This document shows positions 20,965 through 32,825 of a stretch of DNA of 32,979 bases, one piece after another; the stretch's first letter is position 1, and every line of letters starts with the position of its first letter. The DNA comes from Octopus bimaculoides. Taxonomy: Eukaryota. Position numbers and translations under genes: made by a program. The stretch covers positions 91,844,979 through 91,877,957 of the forward strand of contig NC_068982.1 of NCBI RefSeq assembly GCF_001194135.2, in the 5' to 3' direction. A model generated the notes under the pieces. It was not told where the DNA came from. It made no database searches and was given only the letters and a program-made list of their open reading frames with translations.

Positions 20965-23085
20965 AGTGCTCAATGACCTCAGGATAAAACCTTGATAGGC
21001 ATAGAGTGAAGACAAAGTAAAGAAGCTGAAAGATGCCTTGGACATTTCAAAGAAGTGCTAGGTTATGCATCTGATGAGAACTTAAGTAATAATGAGTCTC
21101 TATGAGAAAACTTACTACAATCATGGACCAGATCTGTGGATGGAGCAAAGTTTTAGTCAAGAAGAAAATGACATGGTGGTAGAATAGTATGATAGACGGA
21201 GCATTAGGAAGTAAGAAACAGGCCTGAAAAAAATTGGAAGTAATAGGTACGCAAGGGATAATATCAGGTGGCTAGAAGAGCAACGAGATATTTGGTATAT
21301 TTAGTAGAGAGAAGCTGAAAGTAAGAAGTTTGTCAATGTTTTACTATAAAAGAAGCAGTGCTTTGAGATGTTCTGGATTGTAAAACAGTATGTCAGTGTG
21401 TATCAATTGGTCAAAAGTGCATTTGATTTGATAGCAGGACATCTCCATTGACACCTAAAAGAAAGAGGCATGGAAATGTTGCTATGAGGTGTTGCTGAAT
21501 ATAGAGGGTAAATAAGAGAGAGAGGGTCTACATCAAGTAGATCCAATAGGGAAATCAGTCATAGAAGTTGATTGCTATGCAGTTAAAAGAGCAATTAAAT
21601 GTATGAAGGGATAAACCATCATGAATAGTTGCAGAAATATATGAAGTAGAATATATGCTAGTCACTTGCATAACCAATTAGATAGTATAGGAAGGCGTCT
21701 TCCCTAATGATTGACATAGCAGTAACATTGTCATCTATGAGGGCAAAAAAACAAATCAGAAGCATCAAATTGACAGACCAGTTATGAAAGTAACAAAGAG
21801 TTGTACAACTAATTAGGAAGCGAATTAGTTTGGATGAGATACAGTTTGAGTTTGATTCAGAAAAGAGTACCACTGATGCCTTCTAAAGCCACTATACCTA
21901 GCATTCATTGATTTAGTATCATGCTCTCTAGTTAAGAAAATGAGGTGGAGATGAGTGGCTAGTAAGAGTTGTGCAAACCTTGTGTATATGTGCTTCAGCA
22001 AGATGCAAGTTAGCAATGAATTCAGTGGGAAATTTAGCATACAGTTAGATTCTCATTTGGTTCTCAGGTTCCTCCTGCTTGTTATAATTCTCCAGATCAT
22101 AGCAGAAAAATTTAAGACTGGGTATCTTTGGAAACTTCATTATATTTATGTTCTAGTTTCAATAGCTTGATGTATCAAAGAATTAGTTTAAGAATTCCAA
22201 AGATGGAAGCAACACCTTGACTAGAAAAGCTTTAAAATATATCAAACAAAAGCAAAAGTCTACAAAGTAAAGAAGACAGGACTCTACTGCTACCTAGGTA
22301 GTAGCCATGCTCAATATGATGAAAGCAAATCAGTAGAAATTCCATTTGGTGTACCCGGGTGCACAAGAACTGCAGTGGGGTCAGAGGCAAGCTAACAAGG
22401 AAAACTTTATAGTAGATGTACTGCAGTAGTTAACAATAAAGCTCACTCGGAATGAATTCTTTCAAATACTAGAAGATTCTGCGAAAGTAGTTGATAGTTT
22501 CTGGTACTTAGGTAACCTAACCAGCAGTGGTGGAGGGTACTGTAAAAGTGTGGTAGACAGAGTAAGAAAAGAAGTAGAAAAAGACCAGAAAGTTATTATC
22601 TCCTCTGAAAATGAAGGGATTCTCAAAGTGAAGAACAGTTTCTATAATACATTTGTGTGAAGTACAATATTGAATGGTAATAAAGCACAGTCATTGAACA
22701 GAGAGGTTATGTGAAGACTGGAAAAAATGAAGGGGGCATGCTCTCCTGGAAAGGTAATGTCAATGTGAATAAACAATGGAATACAGTATGGGCTGAGAGA
22801 AAAGCTGAGTATAAGAAGAATTGGCTGTAGTATTCAAGAGAGAAGACTAAGCTGGTTGAGATATGTGATGCATATGGCAGATGATATTTGGGTAAAGAAG
22901 GGCCAAGTCATAGAAGTGTAGAAAAGGAAGACTGAACAGAAGAAATGAAGAAATGATGAAGGCTATTCTAACAACACTGAAGCTCACAAAGGAGATGACA
23001 AAGGACTGCAACAGGTGATGGGATGCTGTGCTGGAGAAGATCCATCCAACCCATGTATGCATGGAAAAACAAACATAAGATGATG
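20965..23085 (+). mobile_element. Decayed RTE-clade LINE, 5'-truncated (RT region to 3' tail)
   Basis: 21950-22250 translates to ...KMQVSNEFSGKFSIQLDSHLVLRFLLLVIILQIIAEKFKTGYLWKLHYIYVLVSIA*CIKELV*EFQRWKQHLD*KSFKI. This aligns by eye to RTE RT domains 4-5 (GVHQGSVLSPLLFIIVL...FRTGCPWELLYADDLVLIA...RWK..LE.KGL), with YADD destroyed. Ends atccaacccatgtatgcatggaaaaacaaacataa(GAT)n. Confidence 0.85.
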
Positions 23086-23180
23086 AGGATGATGATGACG
23101 GCGACGACAACAATGATGATGATGATGATGATGATGACAACAACGATGACGAAGATGATGATGATTATTATTATTATTAT
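23078..23180. repeat. (GAT)n/(GAC)n/(TAT)n microsatellite, expanded LINE tail
   Basis: Direct. Confidence 0.9.
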
Positions 23181-25399
23181 TTAAATCGCTCGTCAAATCC
23201 TTTCCTTTATTCTGTACTTTTGTTTTGTAATATTTTTGTGCCAATATAAAAATATTGTTACTTTTATTAATACTATTATCTATTCTATACATACATGTTT
23301 CTGTATGCAAATCTGTGTGGTGAGTGTATATATATGCTTGATATTATGTAGAATTGAAGTTCTTCCATTGTGTTGTTTTTTTCCTGTTTTTGTTTTTATA
23401 TTTTACAATCATTGCTTCATAGGTTGGATGGACAGACAAAATCTATAGTAGTTATTATTTCAACAGAAAAATGCTTATCACTCAATTATTACAAAAGGCA
23501 GTCCTTATATTTCAGCTATATCAACATAATATATATGAACATGATGCAATATCTGTAATGAGATATTGAACCTGTTATGTACAGAAACAAATAATTCAGT
23601 TCAGCATCTTAACCATTCAGCCACTACACTCTCTTCAAAGACAATACCTAAGTCACATAAAGGAATGTAACTTTTGGGTTTCCAGCCAAACACACTTGAT
23701 AATCAATCTTAGAACTGCATATTTAACATAATTGTGGGAATGTATATAAGAATATATATATATGTGTGTGTATGAGTGTGTATTTGGTTAAATGTTACTT
23801 AAATTTCACTCAAAAAGCATCCAAAATAAGGGCCATGTATTAAAGAATAGAATCACAATGCTAAGCAATAAATATATAAACCCAAGAAATATGATTTCTT
23901 TTAACAATTAAAAAAGAAGGGCAAGATTTGAAAAATAAACAAAAATTCATTTTAAAAGTTGTATAAATGACAATTTCTAAAAAAATTAATGTCTTAAATG
24001 TACTTGTATCATAGATACTCTATATATAATATAAAGTACTTTTAACCAAAATAAAATGTTTAATAAATATTTTTAGATTATTTCCACTTTGTATGAGATG
24101 TTTTCATAAAATAAAATCATACACAAAAATTTTGAAATTGGAAATCAAAACTATTCAAACTTATTCCTTTATTTATACAAAAAAAAAAACATTTTCTGTT
24201 TGAATTCTAGTTTCAGATTTTTTTTTTTATTTCAGTTTGAAATGGAATTTTGATTTCAGTTTGTAACCTTTTTGTTTATCCATTTTTTCCTTTTTTAATT
24301 CCGAATTTTGGTTAATGAGAACATTTTTATTATCAATTTGAAATTTCATACCAATTTCAAACTAAAATTCCCACCCAAATTCTTAACATCAGACAGAGCT
24401 AATGACATGAATGAAAAAAACTAATAATTAATTATTTCATTTACAAGCAGTAGTACTTTGCTAATTTGAGAAGAGAAAGCTCACATATGTTTTTCAGTTA
24501 AGTGTATAATACCAATTACACAAAAAATAATAGCAATCAACTAATTTGAAAATGTTTATATTTTAATCTATGCAGTAAAGCTGTCATTAGAAAAATGCCT
24601 GTCTCTTTCTTTTAATTTTGTAACAAATAAATTATTTTAAATTTAAAATATATCGTTAGTAATATTACATTTTTTAATAGTCAGAGTGAAACATGTTCCC
24701 TCATCCCACAAGTTGTGGTAGGATTGCAGTTTCCTACGTGTCCCTTGAAAACATTGCTGTATGCAAGCATAGTCTGTTTTCTTCCATTATATTGATTTTT
24801 TTTGTTTTTGTGAATTTTTTTAATTGCAAGTTTGTTTAAAAAAAAGTTTTAATAGGATCAATTTTGATTCTAAAGTACAACCTCAGTTTACACAAGCAAC
24901 TACTTCTGCAGCTTAAACTGTGTAATTAACATCAACTTCTTTTAAAAAAATGTAGGTAATCAAAGAAAACAGCAGAATTTTTTTAAATGTGGAACATATT
25001 AACAACAATTGACACAATAGAATCTGCAACAATAGATTATGGGATAGAAAATTTTTTTAAATAGTAGGATACAGCAAAAGCTGAGCATCTAAAACAAATA
25101 AATATGATTTAACAAGCTCACCATATTAAATATAAATGTAGAATTTGATCTCACAAATGCATGTAAAACAAACTATTGTTGTACAAAAACAAGACAAAAT
25201 GCTTTTTATTTATTTATATCTGCAAAATATATGGAAGAAAATTTTATTGGATTAAATTATTAAAACCCAACAAATGCAAAGAATGTTATAATTTTCTTTT
25301 TACTTTATTTTTGATATTTTTAAGGAAAAAAAACATGTGTAAAAAAAAAAAAAACAACAAACAATATTTACCATTCATTCAGTCATCTTATCTATCATT

Positions 25400-25960
25400 C
25401 CTTGTGGTTCAGTTAACACAGAGTTAGGAGTATTCAGTATTGATGAATGGTTAGTTATTGGTGGAAGTGAGAAATGTTTGGAACAATGAAAGGATGGGTG
25501 AAGCTATGGGATATTAATGGAATGTGAATGAGTGAGGGTCAATGGTGGGATGTGACTGGGTCTGGAAAAATTGACAGGTTAGAAAAAACAGTGTCCAGGG
25601 TATTGGAAAAGAGCTATTGATAAAACATAGTTTGAGCAGGATCTTTCACCTTAGATTCTTGTAAACATCACCTGCCTGTGAATGGCGTCCAGTGTTGAAG
25701 TTGAGATGTGCTAGAGTTTAGCCCAGTTTTCATGACTTTAAGCAGTTAAGAGTCATGCCCACCCATCTCTGCCTCTGCCATTGAATAGAAATGCCACAAC
25801 ACTGCAGGATTCTGCCACAGACTGATGTGAACTCAACACTATAAGCTATCAAAATACTCATTAGCTGTACAGTGGCCCTGCTGCCCACATCAGTGAATCT
25901 ACCTCCACATGGTATATATTTGCTGCTTAGGTGGACTGGGCTATCAACACTTAAATCACA
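25400..25960 (-). mobile_element. Highly decayed non-LTR retrotransposon 3' fragment (CR1/L2-like post-RT region)
   Basis: Minus frame TLAHLNFNTGRHSQAGDVYKNLR*KILLKL...QTQSHPTIDPHSF loosely resembles the 'L.HRR.V.SL..FYK...SHP' post-RT region. Many stops. Confidence 0.4.
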
Positions 25961-26137
25961 TTTCTAAAGACACAATGTAATACATTCATTCAATGAGATT
26001 ATTATGTTCTTGTGTGAACAAGGAGTATATGCTTGAACAGTGGATTATAATACAAGTTAAATACACACTTCTTTGAAAGATCTTTCTCAAGTTACTGTTG
26101 AAATGGTTTCTTGCAAAACATAGATTCTCTAGCATAC

Positions 26138-26166
26138 CAACAGAAATTATATATGGCTTCTGAAGC
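26138..26166 (-). CDS. Candidate 29-nt exon (ASEAIYNFC..)
   Basis: Acceptor ttttactgtttttcttggtgctcag|, donor TTG|gtatgc. Confidence 0.25.
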
Positions 26167-26617
26167 CTGAGCACCAAGAAAAACAGTAAAATTGCATCAT
26201 AGATTCTGCAGTGGGATCAGACTATCTATAGAATAAATTTATTTAAAATATATCAAAAGAAGTCCATAAATAAAATTGTGTAAAAAGAGGTGAAAATAAA
26301 ATAATAAAAAATACAACAGAAATCTTTTGGATTACATGGGTTTTTTTGTGGTGTAGTCTTTGATGTTATACGTGTAGTTGTTAATGGTGTTGTTGTTGCT
26401 TACCCAAACTTTAACTGAGAAGACCTATAGTCAAAAGCATTCCAGCCATGACCATTTTGTAATTTTGTTTCTGACAGATAAAATTGATCTTGGCAGGATA
26501 TCATTTTGAAGAATACAGCACAAAAATTAAATACTGTAATTAACTAAATACTACAATTAAGTAAATACTGAAACACAGTAATTAAATGGGAATGTTTTGC
26601 AGTGTCTACCAACTCAC

Positions 26618-26675
26618 CAGTCCTACATAGATTAACATTATTATAACAAACTCATTCCACTAATTCTAATTAGTT
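26618..26675 (-). other. Candidate 58-nt exon (UTR, possibly with start ATG TTA ATC TAT GTA GGA CTG = MLIYVGL)
   Basis: Acceptor cctctctcctgctgtag|, donor CTG|gtgagt. All three frames are closed from the acceptor, so the exon is non-coding or carries the start codon. Confidence 0.35.
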
Positions 26676-27714
26676 CTACAGCAGGAGAGAGGTATGATTT
26701 TGTTTTGATTTGCTTCATATTACTTTTCTTTTATCTATGCTGTAAGGGGTTCCTTGAAACCTGGTTCTTAGCTCCAGGTCCATAACATGAAGCAAATAAT
26801 TGATAGACTTCCTAAATAGAAGAGTTTGGATAATATTGTAGTTCAAGATAATCCAGTGCTTTCTCTTAACAATCAATGTGCCAATGTGAAATTAACAGCC
26901 TGATTTATAGAGTATAACACCTTAATATTTTATAAATATGGACACATTGCATGTGAAACAATTAGCAAATAAATTATTTTCTATTTTTTGTGGGGTTTGA
27001 AACTGCATGCTAACTTTTCAAAGGTATGATTTTTAAACAAGGGATTTTATTAACTAACAGATTTCTAGTATTTGTTGTATATACATCTTAGACGAGTGAC
27101 AAAGTGTGTGAGTGTTGTGCTGTATGAAGTGTGTATATATTTGTGAGCATGTACATGTGTTCTGTGAATGAGAGAAAAAATAAAAGTGAGACAAAGAAAG
27201 ACAAGTGGGGAGCTGAAGAGAGAGAGAGAGAGAGAGAGCAAGAAACTAAAAAGAAACTGAAAGAGAAAGACAGCAGAGAATTTAACATCATAAACTACAT
27301 CTCACACTAAAAGTCCTATTCTACTATCACTCCATTAATTTTCCAGTACTTCTTTTCGTAAATTCTTTTTGCTTTCCCCAGGATGGTGGGAAGGGGATTT
27401 GGACCCAAAATTTTTTCTCCATGCATTATTTTGGAATGATTTGGGAGTTGTGTGCAAATTTAGGAAAACATTCGTTGAAAAATATCAATGTTGATTCAAG
27501 CCACACAGACAAACGTACATTTATACTGAGAGGTTTGATAGAAATCAGTCAAAACATTTTGTTTGATTCATTTCTGTCAGTCAAACAAAATATATAAAAC
27601 TTAAATAAGTAAAATAACTTGTAAAAATAAATAAAAAGATTTTTTAGTTTTTTTTATTTAAATTTTAAAGTTATTATGCTAATTTATATTAGTAATAATT
27701 TTTATTTGTAATAT

Positions 27715-27840
27715 TGATAAAGGTCACAAATTTGAGGAAGAGGTATAGCCAATTATATTAACTCCACTTGACTGGTACTTATTTTATTGACCCTGAATGA
27801 ATGAATGATAAAGTAGGATTTGAACTCAAAATGTAAAGTA
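27715..27840 (-). mobile_element. Diverged, deleted family-A SINE remnant
   Basis: aggtcacaaattt...gactggtacttattttattgaccctgaa...ggatttgaactcaaaatgtaa. Confidence 0.5.
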
Positions 27841-28706
27841 ATAATATTAGGAATAGATTATTATAAATTTTGTAATATTTTATAGTTTAGTAATAAATTC
27901 ATTATCTATCTTAGTAATATTATTACATATAAAAATAGAGTTGATTTAATATTTATGTTCAGTTTCCATTTGAAAGATTAACTTAATATAACTTTTATAT
28001 TCATAAACATAAACTAGACAAGTAAAACACTAGTGTTACTGTTTAACTCTGTTAGCCTTGATTGATTACATTTATGATCAAAATATTCCAGCTGTGATTT
28101 TCCAATTTTGTTTCCAGTCAAAGAGTGTCAAGGGCTACATTATCGAATATACTTCCTTTTCTTTTAAACGATAATGTATGATTTTAAGGAAATTTGGTTG
28201 CTATTTCTAGTAACAAGTTGAGTATCTATGTGGAAGCTACCTCTGGAAAAAGAAAAATAGTAATGATTTCCCTTGTTTCAGTTAAGTTTACAAAAGGGAA
28301 TTAAATTTGGATGATGTGAAGAGAAGAGGAATCTAAAATTTTGGGTCCTTCATTTCAGGCCATTTTCAGAGAAAACAAAAATTCTTTTAAAGGTTTCATT
28401 ATGTGTAACCAAAATTCATAACTAAACCTTTAATGGCAACAACATAGTCAACAGTCAATCTTTAGAGACTGGCAAATACACAACTAAACTAAACCAGCCA
28501 AGACAAGGAAATATAGATTGTCAACACATGATTATATACTCTGGAATGGCATCTGATTGATGCTGCATACATGACAATTAGATGTATTCATAAGTGTACT
28601 GGCATTGTAGCAGAATACAGTTAAATTTCCACAAAGCTATGTTTGTAGTGCACTTTCAAGTGCCTGTTAAGTCATTTGACTTAACTTTCTCTTTGTACCT
28701 TTATAC

Positions 28707-28783
28707 CTTTTCTTTCTGCTTGAGATGATTCACACATCTCATTCGTTGTTGTCTTCTTATTTTGGAAGGTGACACAAGCAAAA
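28707..28783 (-). CDS. Candidate 77-nt exon
   Basis: Acceptor cactgggttttcag|, donor AAG|gtataa. Open frames FACVTFQNKKTTTNEMCESSQAERK or LLVSPSKIRRQQRMRCVNHLKQKEK. Splice sites are only moderate. Confidence 0.2.
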
Positions 28784-28944
28784 CTGAAAACCCAGTGTTT
28801 CACACTGTGATAGAGATTCACCTTGGTTAAACTTCATAATCAGTTAAAAATCAGTTCAGGCTGAAGACTAAATGCCTGTGCACTTATACATATCATATAT
28901 ATATTAAATTTGTTTTCTCTTTTTGTATTTTAAGCATCCTCTGT

Positions 28945-28947
28945 ATG

Positions 28948-29029
<82 letters not shown>

Positions 29030-29030
29030 G
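28945..29030. repeat. (GT)n(GTAT)n(TA)n microsatellite
   Basis: Direct. Confidence 0.95.
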
Positions 29031-29262
29031 TAATAAAAAGGGAACAATTTTGATTATCCCCACATGGTGAGTTATAATATATATAAGAAATTAAAGAAGG
29101 AAAATGCACACACTTTACATAGTTTTCATATAATTCATAATATATCTTGTATTGTGTTTGTCGACCGGTTTCGCTTTCACTATTCGTGACACTAAAATTT
29201 ATTTAAATACATATTTTCTTAAGAAGAAATTTTTTCTCCATGTTGTGTGTGGAGTTTATGAA

Positions 29263-30050
29263 TGAGCTCCTATTTTTGGATATTATGATAAAAAAAAGTT
29301 AACAACCAAATTATAACTGACATCTATCATGAACCAATGCACTCAAAACAATATCTCTTTTTTAGCTCATGCCACCCGAAACACATCAAAATGAATATCC
29401 CCTTTAATTTGGCAAAAAGGATTTGCACACTAGTGTCTGATAGAACTACTTGGGACCATCATCTTCAAGAACTCAAAACAACACTAACGGAAAGACAATA
29501 TCTACCCTCACTTATAGACAATGGAATTGAGCGTGCCAAGAAATTAGACATAAAAACACTAAGGATAGCAAAACATAACACCACACCTCATTTCAAAACA
29601 CTACTGTATATATCAACCCACAACCCTAGAAACAATGAGGCATACAACACTATTGTGCAAAATCTCCCTTTACTAACTAGAGACCCCAAAATGAACATCC
29701 TGAAATCACATAAACTCATCAAATGCATAAAGCAACACAGATCACTTTGCACAACAACCACGAAACCAACAGTTAAAAAATGTGGACGCCCATACTGTGG
29801 AACATGCTCCAACCTACTTGAAGGCTCAGATTTCCTTTTCAAACAAGGAGAGAGGTTCACAATTAAAACCAACTTCACTTGTGCTTCTGAGAACCTAATT
29901 TATGTAATAACCTGCTCAGGTTGTGGATGTCACTATATAGGGCTGACGAGTATGACATTGAGACGGAGAACCACTCTACATAAAGAACGTTTAAAAAAAG
30001 AAAATTTTTTCATTGTAAAATGCAGAACATGTCTAAATATGCACACATAA
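29263..30050 (+). pseudogene. Penelope-like RT C-terminus plus GIY-YIG endonuclease (truncated)
   Basis: ELLFLDIMIKK/(1-nt shift in the A-run at 29290-29297)/VNNQIITDIYHEPMHSKQYL..SSCHPKHIKMNIPFNLAKRIC (RT end and thumb). Then KCGRPYCGTC...FTCASENLIYVITCSGCGCHYIGLTSMTLRRRTTLH (Cys-rich motif plus the IY/YIG motif and conserved Arg). The last ~20 aa are degraded. Confidence 0.9.
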
Positions 30051-30310
30051 CCAACTTTGATCTCTAAACATTTTAATTCACGATTACATACCCATCACTG
30101 TACATATTTCTCCCCACCACTCTAGTTTTTTTAATTTTTGTGTATATATATATATTCTGCTGCCCCCTGCCAAAAACTGAATAATTATCTCCCCTGTCCA
30201 CAATACCTCTCCTTAGATTTTTCTAATTGTTGAATGGTTCATTTATAAACTCCACACACAACATGGACAAAGAAATTATTCTTAAGAAAATACATATTTA
30301 AATAAATTTT

Positions 30311-30350
30311 AGTGTCATGAATAGCGAAAGTGAAACCGGTCAACAAACAC
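30311..30350 (+). ncRNA. Degenerate minimal type-I hammerhead-ribozyme-like motif in the 3' pLTR (second copy on the minus strand, ~29154-29193)
   Basis: agtgtc-aYgaata-gYgaaagY-GAAACCGGTC-Racaaacac. Present: GAAA, palindromic ACCGGU stem III, GUC cleavage triplet and a GC-GAAA-GC mini stem II. The CUGANGA box is incomplete in both copies. Confidence 0.5.
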
Positions 30351-30418
30351 AATACAAGATTATTAAAAATTATATGAAAACTATGTAAAGTGTGTGCATT
30401 TTCCTTCTTTAATTTCTT

Positions 30419-30434
30419 ATATATATATGTATGT

Positions 30435-30485
<51 letters not shown>

Positions 30486-30880
30486 NNNNNNNNNNNNNNN
30501 NNNNNNNNNNNNNNNNNNNNNNNNNNNNNNNNNNNNNNNNNNNNGTATAAATGTATATATATATGTATGTTTATATATATATATAGATATATATATACAC
30601 ACACACATATATATATATATACACACATATATGTAATTTCTATGTTTGACAGAATGTTTAATTCATATTCAACTATACAAAAATGCTTTGCAATTTTAAT
30701 GAAAAGAAAAAAATCAAAAGACAATGTGTATATGTATATACACACATACATACACATATATATAACACACACATATATATACATATATATTTATACATAC
30801 ATACATATACATGTAGACACATACATTTATATGCCAAGTTATATATTATACATATTCATGTTTTCATAGACATTTCTACA
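30419..30880. repeat. (TA)n/(CA)n microsatellite field with an N-gap (30486-30543)
   Basis: Direct. Confidence 0.9.
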
Positions 30881-30979
30881 TTGCATATATGTGTAAATTC
30901 TCAGTATGTTCACATAGTCTAAAACAACTGTGAGTAAGTCTGTTAGTATGTATCTGTGTACTTCAGCACACATATCTGT

Positions 30980-31100
30980 ATATGGTTAATGGACTCATGA
31001 CATAGAGATCATAGGTTCAAACCCTGCCATAAGCAGTGTATTGTGTGTGCCAATTAACAAGGCACATTTCTCTACTTGCCTCAGTGATTTAATGGGGTAA
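30980..31100 (+). mobile_element. Old tRNA/CORE-like SINE remnant
   Basis: tggttaat...ataggttcaaaccc (B-box)...aacaaggcacatttctctacttgcctcagt (CORE-like). Confidence 0.45.
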
Positions 31101-32039
31101 AAACAAAGAAAATACGGAAACAAATGACTATTAAATAGACAGTTCTGGAAAGGATAATACCACCCATTCCTTAACTACAGTTCAAAAATTCATTTTCAGA
31201 TGCATGCATATATGTATGTATGTGTGTGTGTATGTACATAAATATACACCTACACATGCATATACACACATGTGTGTATATATATGTATGCATCGGCATA
31301 TTTGTGTATGCTTACAGACTCACATACACATACGTACACATATTCATAATAGCCAAAGTAGTCAGAAGTTGGTGAAGTACTCTATATTATATTGATTTAG
31401 CACTTAGACAATATATATAAGAAACAATATTTCACCAGCTTCTGATAATTTTTTTCTTTCATATATGTGTGTGTGTGTGTGTGTGCGTATACATAAGTAT
31501 GTATGTATGTAAGTATATATATATATATATATTTATATATACACACACACATATGTATGGATCAACACAGTTTGATTCAAATTCCTTGGCACTCTGAGTT
31601 TCAAAGCATGGTGCTAATCCTCAGCCATTGGAAATAATATATATATATATATATTTGTGTGTGTGCCTGTGTATGAGTGTTTAGAGTTATATAGGTGTGT
31701 GCTCTTCAAGTATAAAGGTTAAAAATAAATGATAAATGATAATTTAAAAATTGTGTATACACAGATTGTCTATCAGTATTTATGCATATATGTATGTGCG
31801 TAAGTGTTGTTTATGTACACATATATCTATCTATGGATATGTGTGAGTATATATGTATAGACATATATATATGTATGTATGCATTCATATGTTTACTGTC
31901 TGGGGATTACTGATAACCAAAGCTTGAGACCAACAATGAAATATTGTGGAACTAATAGTATGATTGATAAATTTATAAATTTGCATACAAGCAGATACAT
32001 ATATAACATAAATACTTAGATACACAGATTAGATGTACT

Positions 32040-32066
32040 GACATATATACATACATATAAAGATCA

Positions 32067-32100
<34 letters not shown>

Positions 32101-32142
32101 GTACTGACATATATAATTATAAAGATCAATACATATGCATAT

Positions 32143-32192
<50 letters not shown>

Positions 32193-32777
32193 TCACAAAT
32201 ATGTCTTTATAACAAATATACAAACATACACACACACACACACACACACATACACACAAGCACATATGCACATGCAACCACACATATACGTATATACACA
32301 TAAAGTGAATCACAGAGACTGACAGAGACAGAGAAAGAGAAAGAAATTTACACAATCAAACATATACATACACTCATGCATGTATACATACATACATACA
32401 TGCATGCATACATACATTCTGTGATAAATGGACGGCAGTCAATTGTCTTACACAGCCGCAGGTTTTAAGATTATCTTTAACATTTCACATCTTTAAGAAT
32501 CGCATAGCAAATGTTTACACAGCCTCACTAGATAATGAAAATTATAAAAACAAACATAAGTTGATGCATGTGAGAGTACATGGATTTGTGCACATTTACA
32601 ATTTGTGTGTATCTGTGTCTGTGTATGTATGTGTGTGTGTGTGTGTGTGTGTGTATGCATGTGTATGCATGCATACATGTGCATGCATGCATGTGTGTGT
32701 GTAAATAGATATATACATAATATATTCATGCTACACACACACATGTATATACATACACAAAAATTCATACTATATTC

Positions 32778-32825
<48 letters not shown>

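Larger units (their letters stand above)
29085..30418 (+). mobile_element. 5'-truncated Penelope-like element with inverted pLTR arms (29085-29265 / 30239-30418), flanked by (TA)n
   Basis: The ~180-bp arms are near-perfect reverse complements. The interior encodes the PLE RT C-terminus and a GIY-YIG endonuclease. Inverted pLTR arrangements are an established PLE feature. Confidence 0.9.

Noticed and set aside
21068-21115. CTGATGA box within the LINE
   Set aside because: It lies in decayed RTE coding sequence with no stem II/GAAA geometry; coincidental.
26745-26903. Plus-strand frame ...MKQIIDRLPK*KSLDNIVV... resembling an LRR-cap motif, with TAG stops that editing could recode
   Set aside because: It has two in-frame stops, short similarity, and no upstream LRRs; the resemblance is probably chance.
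32498-32569. Plus-strand 72-nt open exon candidate ([24 protein letters not shown])
   Set aside because: Splice sites are weaker than those of the overlapping minus-strand candidate 32452-32527, and both cannot be favoured without RNA data.
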